Notes under the pieces: model-generated
What the model was told of the DNA's origin: nothing
Database searches by the model: none
The model's input: only the letters and a program-made list of their open reading frames with translations
Part shown: in pieces, positions 24,401 to 30,957 of the stretch
Numbering within the stretch: position 1 is the stretch's first letter
Layout: every line of letters starts with the position of its first letter
Translations under genes and position numbers: made by a program
Assembly (NCBI GenBank): GCA_035519355.1
Contig: DATIWM010000050.1
Span: 1 to 34,538, forward strand
DNA: 34,538 bases
DNA from: Thermoanaerobaculia bacterium
GTDB lineage: Bacteria; Acidobacteriota; Thermoanaerobaculia; UBA5066
Direction: 5' to 3'

Positions 24401-24872
24401 CGTCGGGCCCCTCTACGAGGCGCTCCCCCCCTCGCCCGCCGCCGCGCCGCTCCCGCCGATGTCGGCGCTCGCCGAGACCGAGGCCGACTACGACGCCACC
24501 GGGATGACGGCCGGGCCGCATCTCCTTTCGTACCTGCGAGGCCGCCTGAGACAAGAGGGGGTCCTCTCGGCCGCCGAGCTCGCGGCGCGCCGGAACGGGG
24601 AGCGCGTCCGCGCGGCGGGGGCCGTCATCGTGAGGCAGCGCCCGGGCACGGCGAAGGGGTTCGTCTTCCTCTCGCTCGAGGACGAGAGCGGCATCGTCCA
24701 GGCCATCGTCCGCCCCGACCTCTTCAGGGAGAACCGCTCCCTCATCGTCGCCTCCCCCGGCCTCGTCGTGGAGGGGAAGCTCCAGACGACCGACGGCACC
24801 CTCTCCGTCCGCGCCGACCGCTTCTGGCCGCTCCCTTCCCTCCCCGATGTCCCGAGCCACGACTTCCGGTGA
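21408..24872 (+). CDS. dnaE2: error-prone DNA polymerase (DNA polymerase III alpha subunit, DnaE2 type)
   Basis: 1154 aa. PHP-domain opening YAELRCASAFSFLNGSSLPEDLV. Polymerase core GRGSAANSAVCYALSIT, DIDLDL, HSGGIVV, VKVDLLGLGMLS. OB domain FVFLSLEDESGIVQAIV. No beta-clamp/tau C-terminal extension, as in DnaE2. Confidence 0.9.
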   Translation: MGEGSERFGPPSRDLFVAGGTREYLSPGARKERLRKRSFAAAAAKGPRYAELRCASAFSFLNGSSLPEDLVERAAALGLAAVALVDANGLSGAPRFWKAARAAGLKALVGAEVTLSFEAQRRAAPLRGSSLLPGPLGLVPPPLPPGTPPARLTLLAESRTGYRNLCRLLSAGALGKPKGEASVTWEQVAAHAEGLHVLTGGEESPVHRALASRLPSAARRLLAKLAGLFPGRLHVELQRHGLREEEHANRALVDLAEALRLPLLATNGVRYAKPEGKELHDALSSLRFHTTLDGAGARLHSHRERHLKGAEEMARLFADLPGALGHAADLAGRLDFTLADLGYRFPDYPLPPGETPASYLRRATWEGARVRFRPLTGRAQAQLEKELNLIEKLDLAGYFLIVRDVVQFCQREKILVQGRGSAANSAVCYALSITAVDPVKMELLFERFLSEERGEWPDIDLDLPSGDQREKVIQYVYGRYGPHGAGMTANVITYRDRSAAREMAKVLGFSGEQVDVLAKVLGSWSFGEYRDANRDVLKELADAGFDAEDPRVGHFARLFASVQNLPRHLGQHSGGIVVAQGRLDEVVPLEPAAMEGRVVIQWDKDDCADLGIVKVDLLGLGMLSAIERMIPMIRTHEGVDVDLAHLPPDDPAVYRMLNEADTVGVFQVESRAQMASLPRNAPFCFYDLVIQVAIIRPGPIVGGMVHPFFDRRQGRAPVTYPHPSLEPILKRTLGIPLFQEQLLRIAMVAAGFTGGEAEELRRAMGFKRSAERMAVIEKRLRDGMTARGITGEAQEQIVKSITSFALYGFPESHAASFALIAYASAWLRAHHPAAFLTGLLNAWPMGFYHPATLVKDAERHGVTVLPIDVGFSGWECRIERRPEISSKGGPDGGVPRDARACCLSEASSRAKERGTPPAEGSPLAVRLGLRFLKGLREESGRTLERESARRPFADVADLARRGALRPDELDRLAWAGALSSLGLTRREAMWQVAEIGRRVGPLYEALPPSPAAAPLPPMSALAETEADYDATGMTAGPHLLSYLRGRLRQEGVLSAAELAARRNGERVRAAGAVIVRQRPGTAKGFVFLSLEDESGIVQAIVRPDLFRENRSLIVASPGLVVEGKLQTTDGTLSVRADRFWPLPSLPDVPSHDFR
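21765..21785 (+). repeat. perfect inverted repeat (9-bp stem, 3-nt loop) inside dnaE2 insertion 1
   Basis: CAGCGGCGC gca GCGCCGCTG, followed by GGGGTTCTTCTCTTCTC. It lies within a low-complexity in-frame segment of about 36 aa. Confidence 0.85.
24099..24110 (+). repeat. perfect 12-nt palindrome inside dnaE2 insertion 2
   Basis: GCACGCGCGTGC, embedded in a segment of about 45 aa (ECRIERRPEISSKGG...AEGSP) that uses A/T-ending and rare codons (ata, agg, agg, att, tct, aaa, agt, tca, cta). Confidence 0.85.
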
Positions 24873-24876
24873 GGGC

Positions 24877-25224
24877 CTATGGAGCGAAAAACTCCTGAAG
24901 GGTCTCGAGGAGGCGGGAACGAGTCCCCGGAGACAGAGTGCCCAGACGGCGGACGACCCGGCTCTTGTCGATCACCCGGATCTGATCGATCGCGACGAAG
25001 CCGTCGCGGTTGCGGAAGCGGCATGGAACTCGAAACGGATAGGCTCTCCCGCTCGTCGTCATCGGTGCCACGAGGACCGTCCGGAGAACGCCAACCAACT
25101 CGTCCGGGCTGACGACGGCGCAGGGACGCGTCCTGGCGATCTCGCTCCCTTCGACCGGATCGAGGCGGACGAGAACGACGTCGAAGCGCCTCAGATCCGA
25201 ACGGGCCTTACCAGCGCCATTCAT
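24877..25224 (-). CDS. type II toxin-antitoxin system PemK/MazF-family toxin
   Basis: 115 aa from ATG 25224. RRFDVVLVRLDPVEGSEIARTRPCAVVSPDE...VLVAPMTT...FRVPC...GFVAIDQIRVIDKSRV is a typical MazF/PemK sequence. Confidence 0.85.
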   Translation of the reverse strand: MNGAGKARSDLRRFDVVLVRLDPVEGSEIARTRPCAVVSPDELVGVLRTVLVAPMTTSGRAYPFRVPCRFRNRDGFVAIDQIRVIDKSRVVRRLGTLSPGTRSRLLETLQEFFAP

Positions 25225-25462
25225 CCCGGTCGAAACGGGTCCGCCCCGTGTCGTCCGAAAGAAGCGGCGTGTCGTCGCCCCTCTCCGCCATCTCCCTCGC
25301 CGCCTCGGCCCATCCCTCCCGGGTTTTCCGCCCCGGGCGGAGCAGCAGCCCGCCGGAGACGATCTGGAGTTCCACCACCTCGCGGAATCCCGTCTCTTCG
25401 AGGATACTTTTCGAAAGCCGAATTCCACGGGAATTGCCGATCCGGACGATCTGCGCCTTCAT
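25208..25462 (-). CDS. AbrB/MazE/SpoVT-family antitoxin
   Basis: 84 aa from ATG 25462 with GAGGAGG upstream. MKAQIVRIGNSRGIRLSKSILEE is the SpoVT-AbrB swapped-hairpin motif. It overlaps the toxin start by 17 nt. Confidence 0.8.
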   Translation of the reverse strand: MKAQIVRIGNSRGIRLSKSILEETGFREVVELQIVSGGLLLRPGRKTREGWAEAAREMAERGDDTPLLSDDTGRTRFDRDEWRW

Positions 25463-25480
25463 CGACCCGGGCCTCCTCAC

Positions 25481-25488
25481 GTAATTAC
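25481..25488. promoter_or_regulatory. palindrome GTAATTAC upstream of the antitoxin gene (possible autoregulatory operator)
   Basis: An 8-bp perfect palindrome in the only AT-rich patch of the 46-nt gap between the M28 gene stop and the mazE-like start. Confidence 0.3.
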
Positions 25489-25508
25489 ATCGGATCTACA
25501 GTGGAAGG

Positions 25509-27503
25509 TCAAGGAGACTCTCCCGTAGCCTCGGTGAGGATTCCCGAAGCCCGGTCGAGCGCCTGCTCGAGCGCCCGGGTTTCGGCTTCGACGCGGGCTG
25601 CATCGCCGCTCCGGAGGGCGCGGGCGAGGCCCGGGAGGGCCTCCGCTCCGCAGCCGTTCGCCTCCGACGGTCCCACGAGGAGGTGGGACGACCCGAAGGG
25701 CGCCTCCCCCCGGAAGAAGGCCGCGCGGGCGGCGAGGAGGCTCTTCTCGGTCCCGGCCGCGCGGGGCGTTTCGCCCTTCCAGGCGGCGCTCGCCTCCAGC
25801 GCGAGCCCGGCGGCGCCCAGACGGCGGGCCGCCTCGTCGAGGCGCTTTCTCTGGGACGAGCCGCGCCAGAGGGGGTGCTGGTCCGAGAGATCGTGGAGAG
25901 CCTCCTCGACGCTCGAAGCCACCTCCGAGAAGCGGTATGGAACGACTGGAGCCTCCGCGAGGCTCGCTACGTAGAGCGAGAGGATCCGGGCGAGCAAGGC
26001 CTCGTACCGGTAGCCGGGATCGATGAAGCGGCGGAACAGATCCGGCCCGTCGTAAACCGAGTGGTAGAGCGGATAGGTCCGCTTCCCGAACCCGAGCTCG
26101 ACGCACGGGACGCCCGCGAGCCCCTGGAAGGGCGACGTGTCGCCGCTGAAGCCGGGAAGGCCGTGCGCGCCCCGGACCTCGGAGAGCACTTTCTCCGAGA
26201 CCGGATCCCGGAGGAGGGAGAGGATCTCGTCCAGCGGGCGGCGCAGTCCGGGCGCGACGTCCGCGGTGAAGTCGGGCGCGCGGACGGCGGAGTCGACGTA
26301 GACGAAGGCGGCCGCGCCGGCGAGCGCGGGAAGGCGCGCCGCCACGAAGGCCGTCGAGCCGAGCATGCCGTACTCCTCGCCGTCGAAGAGAACGAAGACG
26401 ACGTCCCGCCGGAGCCGGAGTCCCCCCTTCACGAGGCCCGCGACCGCCTCCGCCGTCTCGACGACGGCCGCCGTCCCCGAGAGAGGATCCACCGTCCCGA
26501 AGACCCAGGCGTCGGTGTGCCCGCCGACGATGACCGGCGCGGCCACGGGAAATCCGCTCCGGAGCGTGGCCGAGAGGTTCGAGAGCGTCCGCCGTTCCAG
26601 GCGCTGCCGGGAGACGAGGCGCGCGACGGCCGGGCCGGGGCCGAGCCTGTACGGCACGCCGAGTCCGCCCGCTGCGTCCGGCGGCGCCGGGGGACCGTCG
26701 AGCCGCCGCAGCAGCTCGGCGGCCACGCCGGCCGAGATCGGAAGGGCCGGCACGCGGGGCCGCGTCTCGAAGCCCTTCGCCGCCGCCGCCGCCGGATCGC
26801 CCGGGTAGAGGAAGTACCCGAGCATCGAGCCGCGCTGCACGGTCCAGGCGTTCGCGTGCGGCCCGTCGGGATACGCCGGCTTCCGGAACCCCTGGTCGCG
26901 CGGATCGGGATAGAGGAGCAGGCCCGCGGCACCCTCTTCCGCGGCGAAGAGCGCCTTCTGGCTCCGGCAGATCCCCTGCCCGCGGAGGAGGACGAGCTTC
27001 CCCGCCGGGGAGACGCCGCTCCGCTTCAGGAGCGCGTAGTCCTCGCGTGTCCCGTAGTTGCCGTAGACGAGCGGGGCCGTGACATCGGCGTCGGGCGCCC
27101 AGGCGAAGTAAGGGATCTCCGTCTCCGCGGCCTTCGCGAGGGCCTCGTTTCCGAGAGGTCTCTCGCGCAGGTCGAAATCGAGCCGCTCCGGCGCCACGAG
27201 CGAGAGGGACGACTGCACCGGCTCGGGGAGGTCGGCGGGCACCTCGTCGACGGCGACCTCGGTCCCGATCGAGCGAAGGCGTAAGGCGAGCGCGTCGACG
27301 GCTTCGCGGTTGGCGTTCGTTCCGGCCCGGTGCGGTTTCCCGGCCAGCGCATCCATCTGGCGGCCGAGCCGCTCCGGCGAGATGAGCCCGTCGAGCCGGG
27401 CCGCCCGCGTCATCAGGGGGTCGCGTCCGAATCCCCGGCGCCAGATCGCGGCGGCGACGACGACGACGGCCACGGCGAGGGCGATCCGCCTGGCGAAGGA
27501 CAC
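25509..27503 (-). CDS. M28-family metallopeptidase, PSMA/transferrin-receptor-like (PA domain plus TfR-like dimerisation domain), paralog 1
   Basis: N-terminal signal anchor RIALAVAVVVVAAAIW. Zn-ligand motifs GGHTDAW, TVDPLSG, FDGEEYG, YVDSAV and LYHSVYD are all present. The GTG at 27503 is preceded by GGAGG just after the upstream stop, so I prefer it. The alternative ATG at 27560 would overlap the upstream gene by 49 nt. Confidence 0.85.
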   Translation of the reverse strand: MSFARRIALAVAVVVVAAAIWRRGFGRDPLMTRAARLDGLISPERLGRQMDALAGKPHRAGTNANREAVDALALRLRSIGTEVAVDEVPADLPEPVQSSLSLVAPERLDFDLRERPLGNEALAKAAETEIPYFAWAPDADVTAPLVYGNYGTREDYALLKRSGVSPAGKLVLLRGQGICRSQKALFAAEEGAAGLLLYPDPRDQGFRKPAYPDGPHANAWTVQRGSMLGYFLYPGDPAAAAAKGFETRPRVPALPISAGVAAELLRRLDGPPAPPDAAGGLGVPYRLGPGPAVARLVSRQRLERRTLSNLSATLRSGFPVAAPVIVGGHTDAWVFGTVDPLSGTAAVVETAEAVAGLVKGGLRLRRDVVFVLFDGEEYGMLGSTAFVAARLPALAGAAAFVYVDSAVRAPDFTADVAPGLRRPLDEILSLLRDPVSEKVLSEVRGAHGLPGFSGDTSPFQGLAGVPCVELGFGKRTYPLYHSVYDGPDLFRRFIDPGYRYEALLARILSLYVASLAEAPVVPYRFSEVASSVEEALHDLSDQHPLWRGSSQRKRLDEAARRLGAAGLALEASAAWKGETPRAAGTEKSLLAARAAFFRGEAPFGSSHLLVGPSEANGCGAEALPGLARALRSGDAARVEAETRALEQALDRASGILTEATGESP

Positions 27504-27511
27504 CGCCCTCC

Positions 27512-29587
27512 TCAGTTCCGCGTCCGCCGGTCCGGCCCGCGCGGGCCGATCGCGATCCACTCGGCCGCCCGGAGGAGCTGCTCCGCCTGGATGAACGCCC
27601 GGGCGCGCTCCTCCCCCTCGGCCCGGATCGCCTCGAAATCACGCGAGCGGATCGCGTCGACCAGGGAAGCGTGCGCCTCGGCGTCGCACCGGTCCTCTTC
27701 GGAAGGTCCGATCAGGACCGATCCGCGGCCGTAGGTCACCGGCCGGCCCCGCCCGCCGGCTGCGAACGCGGCCATCGCCTGCTCGACGAGCGGGGCGGCC
27801 TCCCGGACCTCTTTCGAGGAGAGGTTCGCGAGACGGCGCTCGTCGCCATCCCAGCGCCGGGCCATCGCCTCGTAGGAATCGAGCGCGTTCCGGAGAGAGC
27901 GGGTGAAGGGAGCCCATTCGCCGAACGAAGCCACCCGGCTCTCGAGTTCGCGAAGCGATTTCCGGGCGTCGTCCGAAACCTCGGAAAACCGGTAGGGAAC
28001 GATCGGGTCGTTGGCCAGCCACCCGACGTAGAGGGCGACGACCCGGGCCAGCAGGGCGGCCCGCACGAAGCCCGGGTCGCCGAAGCGCCGGATCCACTCC
28101 ACGGTGTCGGCGCGCGTGTGGTAGACGGGATAGTGCCAGCCGAAGCCGACTTCGGCCACCGGCGTCCCGGTCAGGCCGAGAAAGGGCGAGGCGTCGCTCG
28201 AGAACGAGGGAAGCTGGAACGCGCCATCCGTCCCGGCGAGCGTCTTGCCCGTCGCCGGATCGCGAACGGCCGCGAGGACCCTTCCGAGCGACGCCCGAAG
28301 CCCGGGCATGACGACTCCGACGAATTCGTCCCCCCGGACCGCGGAGTCGATGTTGACGTACGCGGCGAGCCCGGGGAAGCGGTCGCGGAGCGCCTGCTCG
28401 ACCCATCTCGCGGACCCGAAGATCCCGGCCTCCTCGCCGTCCCAGAAGGCGAAGAGGATGCTGCGCTCCGGTCGCCATCCGTCCGCCCGGAGCTTCGCCA
28501 GGGCCTCGGCGACCTCGAGAACGACGGCCGTGCCGGAGCTGGCGTCCACCGCGCCCCGCTCCCACGCGTCATAGTGATTCCCGAGCATCACGGGGCGGGT
28601 GTCGCCGCTCCGGCCCGGGAGGATCGCGAAGACGTTCCGCAGGTTCTTCCGGACGAGCTGACCCTTCACGACGAAGCGGACCCGGGGTCCCTCCGCCGCC
28701 AGGACGTACGGAGCCTTCAGTCCCCCCTTCCACGGTTCGGGGACGGCGTCGCCGCGCATCCGCGAGAGGAGGTCTTCGGCCACGGCCTGCGAGACGCCGA
28801 GCGCCGGAACCGGCGGAAGATTGTCGATCCCCTTCTCCCTCGCCGTCGAAGGGTCCCCGGGGTACCGGTAGAAGCGGAGCAGCGTGCCCCGCGGTATGGC
28901 CCACCGCGGCGTGTTGGGTCCCTCGGGAAACGCCGGCGTCGCATCGCCCTGGTCGCGCGGCTCGGGGTAGAGGAGAAGGCCCGCAACGCCCCGGGAGCCC
29001 GCAATCTCAGCCTTCATGCTCCGGCAGATTCCCTGCGCCCGGACGAGGGCGAGCTTCCCGCGGACGTCGATCCCCTTCTTCCGGAGCAGCTCGTAGTCGG
29101 CGCGCGACCCTTCGTTGGCGTAGATCACCGGGGCCGCGAGGTCGGCGTCGGGCGAATAGGCGAGGAACGCGGGCTCCCCGTCGCCCGGCTCCGAGAGGTC
29201 GTAGGCCTTCTGCCCCCCGCGCTCCTCGAGCGAGAGCCGCACCGCCAGCGGCTCGTAGACCTCGGCTTCGAACGGGGTGTTCCAGACCTTGAGGCCCGCC
29301 CGTTGGAGCCTCTCCCCGATGAACCCGGCCACCTCGGCGTTGGCCGGGGTGCCCGCCCGGTGGGGCCGCGATGCGATGAGCGCCGTCTGCTCCCCGATGC
29401 GCGACGCATCGATGAGGCGCGTCAGCGGACCCTTCTCCCGCCCGACGAAGCCGGCGCGCCGCCGCGCGGTCCAGATCTCGACCCCGGCGGCGGCCAGCAC
29501 CGCGGCGACGACGAGGAGGGCGGCCGTCGTCTTCTTCAGCGCGCCTCCGGAGCGGAAGGTCTCACGCCGGAGCGAAACTCCGTCCAC
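27512..29587 (-). CDS. M28-family metallopeptidase, PSMA/transferrin-receptor-like, paralog 2
   Basis: Signal anchor KKTTAALLVVAAVLAAAG. Motifs GNHYDAW, AVDASSG, WDGEEAG, NIDSAV and PVYHTRAD are present. The start is ambiguous: the GTG at 29587 has no SD, while the CTG at 29539 is preceded by GGAGG-CGCG. Confidence 0.85.
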   Translation of the reverse strand: MDGVSLRRETFRSGGALKKTTAALLVVAAVLAAAGVEIWTARRRAGFVGREKGPLTRLIDASRIGEQTALIASRPHRAGTPANAEVAGFIGERLQRAGLKVWNTPFEAEVYEPLAVRLSLEERGGQKAYDLSEPGDGEPAFLAYSPDADLAAPVIYANEGSRADYELLRKKGIDVRGKLALVRAQGICRSMKAEIAGSRGVAGLLLYPEPRDQGDATPAFPEGPNTPRWAIPRGTLLRFYRYPGDPSTAREKGIDNLPPVPALGVSQAVAEDLLSRMRGDAVPEPWKGGLKAPYVLAAEGPRVRFVVKGQLVRKNLRNVFAILPGRSGDTRPVMLGNHYDAWERGAVDASSGTAVVLEVAEALAKLRADGWRPERSILFAFWDGEEAGIFGSARWVEQALRDRFPGLAAYVNIDSAVRGDEFVGVVMPGLRASLGRVLAAVRDPATGKTLAGTDGAFQLPSFSSDASPFLGLTGTPVAEVGFGWHYPVYHTRADTVEWIRRFGDPGFVRAALLARVVALYVGWLANDPIVPYRFSEVSDDARKSLRELESRVASFGEWAPFTRSLRNALDSYEAMARRWDGDERRLANLSSKEVREAAPLVEQAMAAFAAGGRGRPVTYGRGSVLIGPSEEDRCDAEAHASLVDAIRSRDFEAIRAEGEERARAFIQAEQLLRAAEWIAIGPRGPDRRTRN

Positions 29588-30957
29588 GGCCGGGCGGGAC
29601 GGCTCTTCAGGCGTCCGGTCAGGTGGGCGAACTGCGGATGCTCGGCCAGGAACCGCTCCGCGTCGAACGGAATGTCGCAGCCCGAACCCCACTTCCCGGC
29701 GAACGACATCCTCTTCGCCATCGCGGAGTCGACGACCTTCGCGTCGAAGGTCCCTTCCGGCGAGAACGGTTCATCCGGCCCGCCGAAGGACTGCGGGTCG
29801 AGCTCGAAATGCCCGCAGAGCGAGCGGCCGGACGGGTTCACCCGCCCGAGATAGGCGTCCCAGTGGTCCGCTTCGAACGCCTTCGCCTTCTCGACGTCGA
29901 TCCGTCCCGCGTTCTCGGCCATCAGCTGGCGCCACCGGACGCGGCGGGCGACCGACGAAAGCCGGATGTCGGTTTCCTTCCGGGTCGTCTCGAACCGGAG
30001 GAGCTTCACGTCCTCGGCGACGTTCGAGCCGGTGTAGGCGCCGTCGCGCGTCCGCTCGAGCGCAACGACCTTCAGCCCCAGCTCGAGGCGGGCGATCTCG
30101 TTCGTCTTCACGTCGCCGACGAGCCAGGCGTTGGCGTAGCCCCCGTTGTTTCCCGCCTTCATGACGGCGACCCACTCGTCGATGGAGTCGGCGCTCTGCG
30201 TGGCGCGGCGCATCCGGACGAACTCGGGGATTCCTCCCTCGTCGAATCCGTCGAAGTCGCCGATCGTCGTCTCGGCCCCGACGAGGCCGGCGTCCGTGAG
30301 GAAGAAGTCGGTTCCGCTGTGGATCCAGCCGGGCTCCGCCTGCATCAGGATCCGGTGCCCCTTCGCCGGCGCGATGTCGAGGACGACGCGCGCCGTGGCT
30401 TGCGCGTACGAGGACATGGTGTTGTGGCCGAGGACGATGCCGCCGTCCGCCGTCATCCTCCCCGTCGCGATGAACGCGCTGCACGACTGCTTCTTCGGCC
30501 GGACCGGCGGACCTCCCAGCTTCTTCTTCTCGAGGGGCCACCAGTATTCCGAGAGCTCGATGAGGGCGTTGTACGCCACCATTTCGTCACGCGAGGTCTT
30601 CACGCCCGCGGCGGCCAGCCCCTCCACGAGGCCGTCGAGCTCCGCGAGGCTCTCCGCGTCGACCTTCGGCGTCATGAACGCGGCGACCCGGCTCACGAGC
30701 CAGGGCCACTCGGTTCCCGTCTCGTAGGCCCACCCGGCGCGGCTGTCCGACAGCGATTCGGCGATCTCACGGGCCAGCAGGAAGCCGTGCTGGAAGCCGA
30801 GCTGGCGGGAGGGTCCCTCGATCCGGAGGTGGATCCAGCCGTTCTTCTCGTACCGCCACGCCGTCGCGAGGCGCGGGTCGGGGGGGGGCGCCGCGCAGAG
30901 GCTCCCGGCCTGGACGAGGAGCAGGACGGCGGCGGCGGACGCGACACGGTGTCTCAA
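29536..30957 (-). CDS. phospholipase B-like / C45-type Ntn-hydrolase fold protein, secreted
   Basis: TTG start overlapping the upstream stop (TTGA). Signal peptide RHRVASAAAVLLLVQAGSLCAA. KKQSCSAFIATGRMTADGGIVLGHNTM resembles the autoprocessing Cys nucleophile region (CSAL...H-x-T-W) of phospholipase-B-like (LAMA) and C45 proteins. Confidence 0.6.
   Translation of the reverse strand: MRHRVASAAAVLLLVQAGSLCAAPPPDPRLATAWRYEKNGWIHLRIEGPSRQLGFQHGFLLAREIAESLSDSRAGWAYETGTEWPWLVSRVAAFMTPKVDAESLAELDGLVEGLAAAGVKTSRDEMVAYNALIELSEYWWPLEKKKLGGPPVRPKKQSCSAFIATGRMTADGGIVLGHNTMSSYAQATARVVLDIAPAKGHRILMQAEPGWIHSGTDFFLTDAGLVGAETTIGDFDGFDEGGIPEFVRMRRATQSADSIDEWVAVMKAGNNGGYANAWLVGDVKTNEIARLELGLKVVALERTRDGAYTGSNVAEDVKLLRFETTRKETDIRLSSVARRVRWRQLMAENAGRIDVEKAKAFEADHWDAYLGRVNPSGRSLCGHFELDPQSFGGPDEPFSPEGTFDAKVVDSAMAKRMSFAGKWGSGCDIPFDAERFLAEHPQFAHLTGRLKSRPARPWTEFRSGVRPSAPEAR

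Noticed and set aside
21408-24872. Concluding that the organism lacks imuA/imuB because dnaE2 stands alone here.
   Set aside because: The window covers only 34.5 kb. Split imuA-imuB and dnaE2 loci are known, so absence cannot be inferred from this sequence.
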